DNA of 64,000 bases from Eremomyces bilateralis CBS 781.70 (lineage: Eukaryota). The stretch is from assembly GCA_010015585.1 (NCBI GenBank), contig ML975178.1; one strand, 5' to 3'. The position numbers and the translations under genes were made by a program. Below the pieces are notes generated by a model. The model did no database searches. It worked only from the letters and a program-made list of their open reading frames with translations, and had not been told where the DNA came from. The first letter of the stretch is position 1; every line of letters starts with the position of its first letter. Of the stretch, positions 61,330-64,000 are shown piece after piece.

Positions 61330-62187
61330 ATTTTCGGTGTGCGGCCGGCCATAGCGGGGCGGGCGGAGAGTCTGGCGGTGTTGGTGAAAGGTATCGGCGT
61401 GGTGTTTTAGGAGGTCGAGGGCGCGTGCGTGGGTGCGGAGGGACGGGCGGATGCGGGTGCGGAGGCGCGATTGCGCGAGGGATTGGCGGTAGAGGAGGTA
61501 GCGGTAGATGCGGGATTGGGCGCGGCGGGTGAGGGAGGGGAGGTATTCGTGGCGGAGGTGGGTGAGGGTGTTGGTAGTGCGTGGGAAGAGGCGGCGGAAG
61601 GCGGTGGTTACTGTGGGTGGTGGGCGGCGTGGTGGTGCCAGTTTGTTGGGGTGGATGGATGGATGGGAAATACTATGGGATGGTGGATGGGCGTGCGCTT
61701 CCGTATCGGTGAGATGAGGCGACGTTAGATATCGGAGGTGTGGTTTTGTGCAACTTATCAAGCTACGAAGGATTCTTGAGAAGTTTGGACGGGAGGTTGA
61801 ACAGCCGTTGAACAATACAGAGTAATGCCGGTAGACCAGCTAGGGGGCAGCCGACGTCATCTCCAGCCCGAAACCACTGGTATATTTACCAGAAATATTA
61901 TTCCGCATACGACTCTATTCCAGCATCTATATCCGTGTCAAGAAGAGATTCCCAAGTCCCGAAGATTTCAATCCAATTGTTTTCGGTTGATGATCTGATG
62001 GTTCCAATATGCTGTTGTTCTCAAAAGAAGTCGCCGCCATGTATGAAAATCCGGTGCCTGTGTAGGCAGTATAGCGTAACCACCATCTATGGGTATCCCT
62101 TTCAAACGCCATCCAGTCCGGTCCGATCAAGTCACTCTATCCAACCCATCACCGTAGTTAAGTCTCTATGACCCATCCTAAGCACCA

Positions 62188-64000
62188 TTACGCCTTTCCA
62201 GCTACCCCCAACGCCTCAATCCCTACCCCGCCCCCTGCATCTCCACTCCTCTCCTCACTCCCGCCACTAAATTCACCCTCCGCCTCAATCCCATCCGCCC
62301 CCCTATCCTCACTCCCCTTCCGACTTCCCCCACCCCCCGGACTTGGACTCTGCGCCTCCCCAGCCCTCGCCAATCCCGCCGCCAACCTTGCATCGAACTC
62401 CTCCATCAGCTCCTTCCCATGCCGATCAAGCAACGCGATCATCGTCCCCTCGTCCAGCACCCGCGCCTTCGACCGCTCGCCCACCGCCCGCATCGTCAGG
62501 CTCAGCTCCTTCTCCAGCTCGCGCCCTGCGTCCGGCTTGAGGTTGTCCGACGTGTGGGCAAGCTTGCGCCGGTAGGCCCGGAGCGCGCGGCAGAGGTGCT
62601 CGGTGGCGGTAGCCATGCTGGAGGACGGGGTGACGGGGGGAGCGGATAGGGTCTCGGTGCTGCGGGCAGCGCGGGAGCGGACGTCTACGGAAGAACGGCG
62701 GGACTTGACCGCGTGGCGCGAGTTCGGACTCGGCGGAGACGGTGAGCGGGCCATGGCGGTTTTGCGGCGGGAGTCGTGGGTGGTCCGGGTGGTAGTGGGG
62801 GTGGGGTCGAGTTTCGGGGCTTGCGCGAGGGTGAAGCGCGACGTGCGTTTCTTCAAGCGCGGCGAGCGGTTGCCAACGGGGGTGGTGGATGGTTCGTCCG
62901 GGCGGCGTTGGAAGCGGGCCATTTCGCTGTGGGACAGCACGCGGCGGAGGGGCGGGTGGCTGGGGCCCTGTTCTTTCTCGGACTCGACGCCCATGAGGTC
63001 CATAGATTTGGAGATCTCGTGGCCGCCGGGGGCGCTGGGGCGGGGTTGGGTGTCCCAGAGAAAGATCGTCCCGTCGAATGCGGTGGTGACGAGCCGCCTT
63101 TCTTGCGGTTCGCCTTGGTCGGTACTGGTAGATATCAACGCCAGTCCGGATACGCCCTCCGTATGGCCCCAGTCTCGGGCGACTAAACTCCCTTTTTCAG
63201 TGTATACACGGACTGATTTATCCGTGCTAGATACACCAGCGATCATCGGTGTGCCGCTGGGGACGGTGAAGTGGACAATCGATGAGAGCACGACTGGGTC
63301 CCCCCCTTCCGAATCATTTGTCTTGAACGACGTTAAGGTATGTCCAGTTTTAAGATCATACCGGTGTAGGTGCCGGTCGATCGTCGCTACGATCAGGACA
63401 TTGTCCTCAGCTGAACTCAGCGTCATAGATGTAGGGGTTGCCTTCAATGTGACGGTCCTCGATATGAGGTATGCATTCAAGGCCTTGCCATCTTCAACAT
63501 ATGATGCCGACTCCCTGATAACCATAGTGCGGTCGGATGACGCAGAAATAAGGCGAGTGCCGTCTTTCGAGAAATCAATTCCGGTTACAGCGCCAACGTG
63601 CTCGTCGAGCGTTTGAACCAGTTCCCAGTTGTCCCCGTTTAGTTTGAAGATTTGGATCGTCCGGTCCCGACTCGCGGTTGCGAGGAAGACCTCGTCACCA
63701 TCCTGAACTGCGATGTCGGTAATTTCGCTCACGTGTGCTTTGAACGTGAAGACTTCCTTTCCAGAAAAGTCAAGTATTCTGGAACTGTCAGTGCCAACTC
63801 GTTGCGCATATATGCCAGCCTTACCGAAGCATTCCCACTTTATCACCAGTTGCTAGTAATCTTTGGGATGGGACCCCCCGGACTACGCACAACTCGTTCA
63901 CAACCTGATCATCGCGCGTCGTCTGCGGTAGTTCCACCTGGACCTGCCATGCACTAGCACCATCTTCAAGCCATGCGATTGTCGTTCCATTTCCGGACCA
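62188..64000 (-). CDS. WD40-repeat protein, MAPKBP1/WDR62-like; 5' part lies outside the window
   Basis: Frame open from 64000 to LLATGDKVGMLR, then intron 63824-63779. WD repeats AHVSEITDI..LATASRDRTIQIF, EHVGAVTGI..SASSDRT and GHTEGVS..DGTIFLWD. Confidence 0.88.

Noticed and set aside
63865..63885. Suspected frameshift at a G run in the WD40 gene
   Set aside because: The run has six bases and the frame is continuous; the break in the ORF track is explained by intron 63824-63779.

Overview
Gene-dense, intron-containing DNA from a filamentous ascomycete (Pezizomycotina). The evidence is short GT-AG introns with CTRAC-like branch points and fungal gene families. I can support 15 apparently coding genes: a window-truncated hypothetical protein, a metallophosphoesterase, a CLC chloride channel, a DOCK/Dck1 GEF, a histidine phosphatase, MOB1, an MFS sugar/inositol porter, an AA9 LPMO, PtaB/Mfg1, an INO-type bHLH, a TMEM135-like protein, a Pro/Ser/Thr-rich protein, a PTH11-like membrane protein, App1 and a truncated MAPKBP1-like WD40 protein. 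Two further genes are disrupted: DUF1996-WSC with two in-frame stops, and an APH/choline-kinase-like relic. Exon boundaries were read by eye. The most notable unexplained signals are: (1) a ~1.2 kb segment bounded by clusters of a palindromic ATCAAC(C/G)GTTGAT-like motif, a candidate non-autonomous transposon; (2) a ~134 nt near-perfect hairpin; (3) a recurring C-rich to G-rich block switch inside many genes; (4) an AA9 with Phe at the axial Tyr position; (5) a disordered protein with arrayed PxLxLxT motifs plus an RVxF motif; (6) a back-to-back AG|GT site inside an intron; (7) a frameshift in PtaB. I saw no rRNA, tRNA or CRISPR array, and no clearly novel multi-gene system.
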